Source: Candidatus Saccharimonadota bacterium (GTDB lineage: Bacteria > Patescibacteriota > Gracilibacteria > BD1-5 > UBA6164). From it: DNA of 32,000 nt. This document shows, piece after piece, positions 31,626-32,000 of this stretch. Numbering within the stretch: position 1 is the stretch's first letter; each line of letters begins with the position of its first letter. The notes beneath the pieces are model-generated. The model saw nothing but the letters and a program-made list of their open reading frames with translations, did no database searches and was not told where the DNA came from. The translations under genes were made by a program, and so were the position numbers. The stretch is from NCBI GenBank assembly GCA_004563595.2, contig CP042461.1, positions 1,050,001-1,082,000 on the forward strand, in the 5' to 3' direction.

Positions 31626-32000
31626 CTATGGTAAGAGTTTTTTAAATGTTCTTATTATAGAATCAAAGAATCAGGATACATTCAAAGAAAAAACATTTGA
31701 AGAAACCGAATATCTATTTGATAGTATCATAGTTCATATCACTGCTGCAAATACTGGATCACTTATTGATGCATCTGCCAAATCATCTTTTGATGCTGGG
31801 AGTCATATGAATACTGGTAACTTTAAGTTCTTCTTTCATAACTCTATAAATCACTTCATTTTTACTCATCCTCATACACAAACTGCTCATTCTGGTAACA
31901 TCCCATCTTTTCAAACTTTTTTTAATTCTTGTCTCACAAAGTAAAATATTTCTTCATACCTTGCAGTAACAATTTGAGAAAGGTAAAGTAAAGATAACTT
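31626..32000 (-). CDS. ftsA: Cell division protein FtsA, C-terminal part (5' end beyond window)
   Basis: In frame to the window edge. ...IVTARYEEIFYFVRQELKKVGKDGMLPEGAVCVGGGVKMKGFIELGKKNLKLPVFIGLP...DPVFAAVIGTMIL... with TAG at 31626..31628. It lies directly upstream of ftsZ. Confidence 0.85.

Noticed and set aside
1-32000. The fragmented ORF track read as massive pseudogenisation, as table 4 (TGA=Trp), or as selenocysteine.
   Set aside because: Breaks occur only at TGA and never at TAA/TAG. TGA aligns with invariant Gly in P-loops, the tubulin signature and the Nudix box, where Trp or Sec would be incompatible. TGA density, at dozens per gene, excludes Sec.

Overview
AT-rich 32-kb window from a bacterium that reads TGA as glycine (translation table 25, as used by Gracilibacteria/Absconditabacteria of the CPR/Patescibacteria). 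The supplied standard-code ORF track is therefore shredded. Re-reading by hand with TGA=Gly, and only TAA/TAG as stops, gives about 30 tightly packed genes. Left to right: rplL 3' end and tRNA-Gln(CUG). A minus-strand trio (GIY-YIG, MBL-fold-like, NUDIX). A sortase plus a small membrane protein. rlmE. A type IV pilus cluster: membrane-anchored hypothetical, pilB, a coiled-coil SpoIIE/PP2C phosphatase, pilC, a major pilin, convergent pilT. A signal-peptide surface protein with an SPQTG-type sorting signal. An M28 peptidase. A stand-alone OLD-family ATPase-Toprim nuclease. A large Rhs/YD polymorphic-toxin locus: a 3,229-codon Sec-dependent Rhs protein with about 4.4 x 221-aa tandem repeats, its membrane immunity gene, and a start-less orphan rhs-CT cassette with a second immunity gene. 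A divergent CaCA cation antiporter followed by a 154-bp palindromic repeat element. Finally ruvX, rplI, nusA, ftsZ and the 3' end of ftsA. The most interesting content is the recoded Rhs toxin/immunity/orphan system with an unclassified toxin domain, beside the OLD nuclease and the pilus/sortase surface machinery. All calls come from manual translation and motif recognition. No database search was run.
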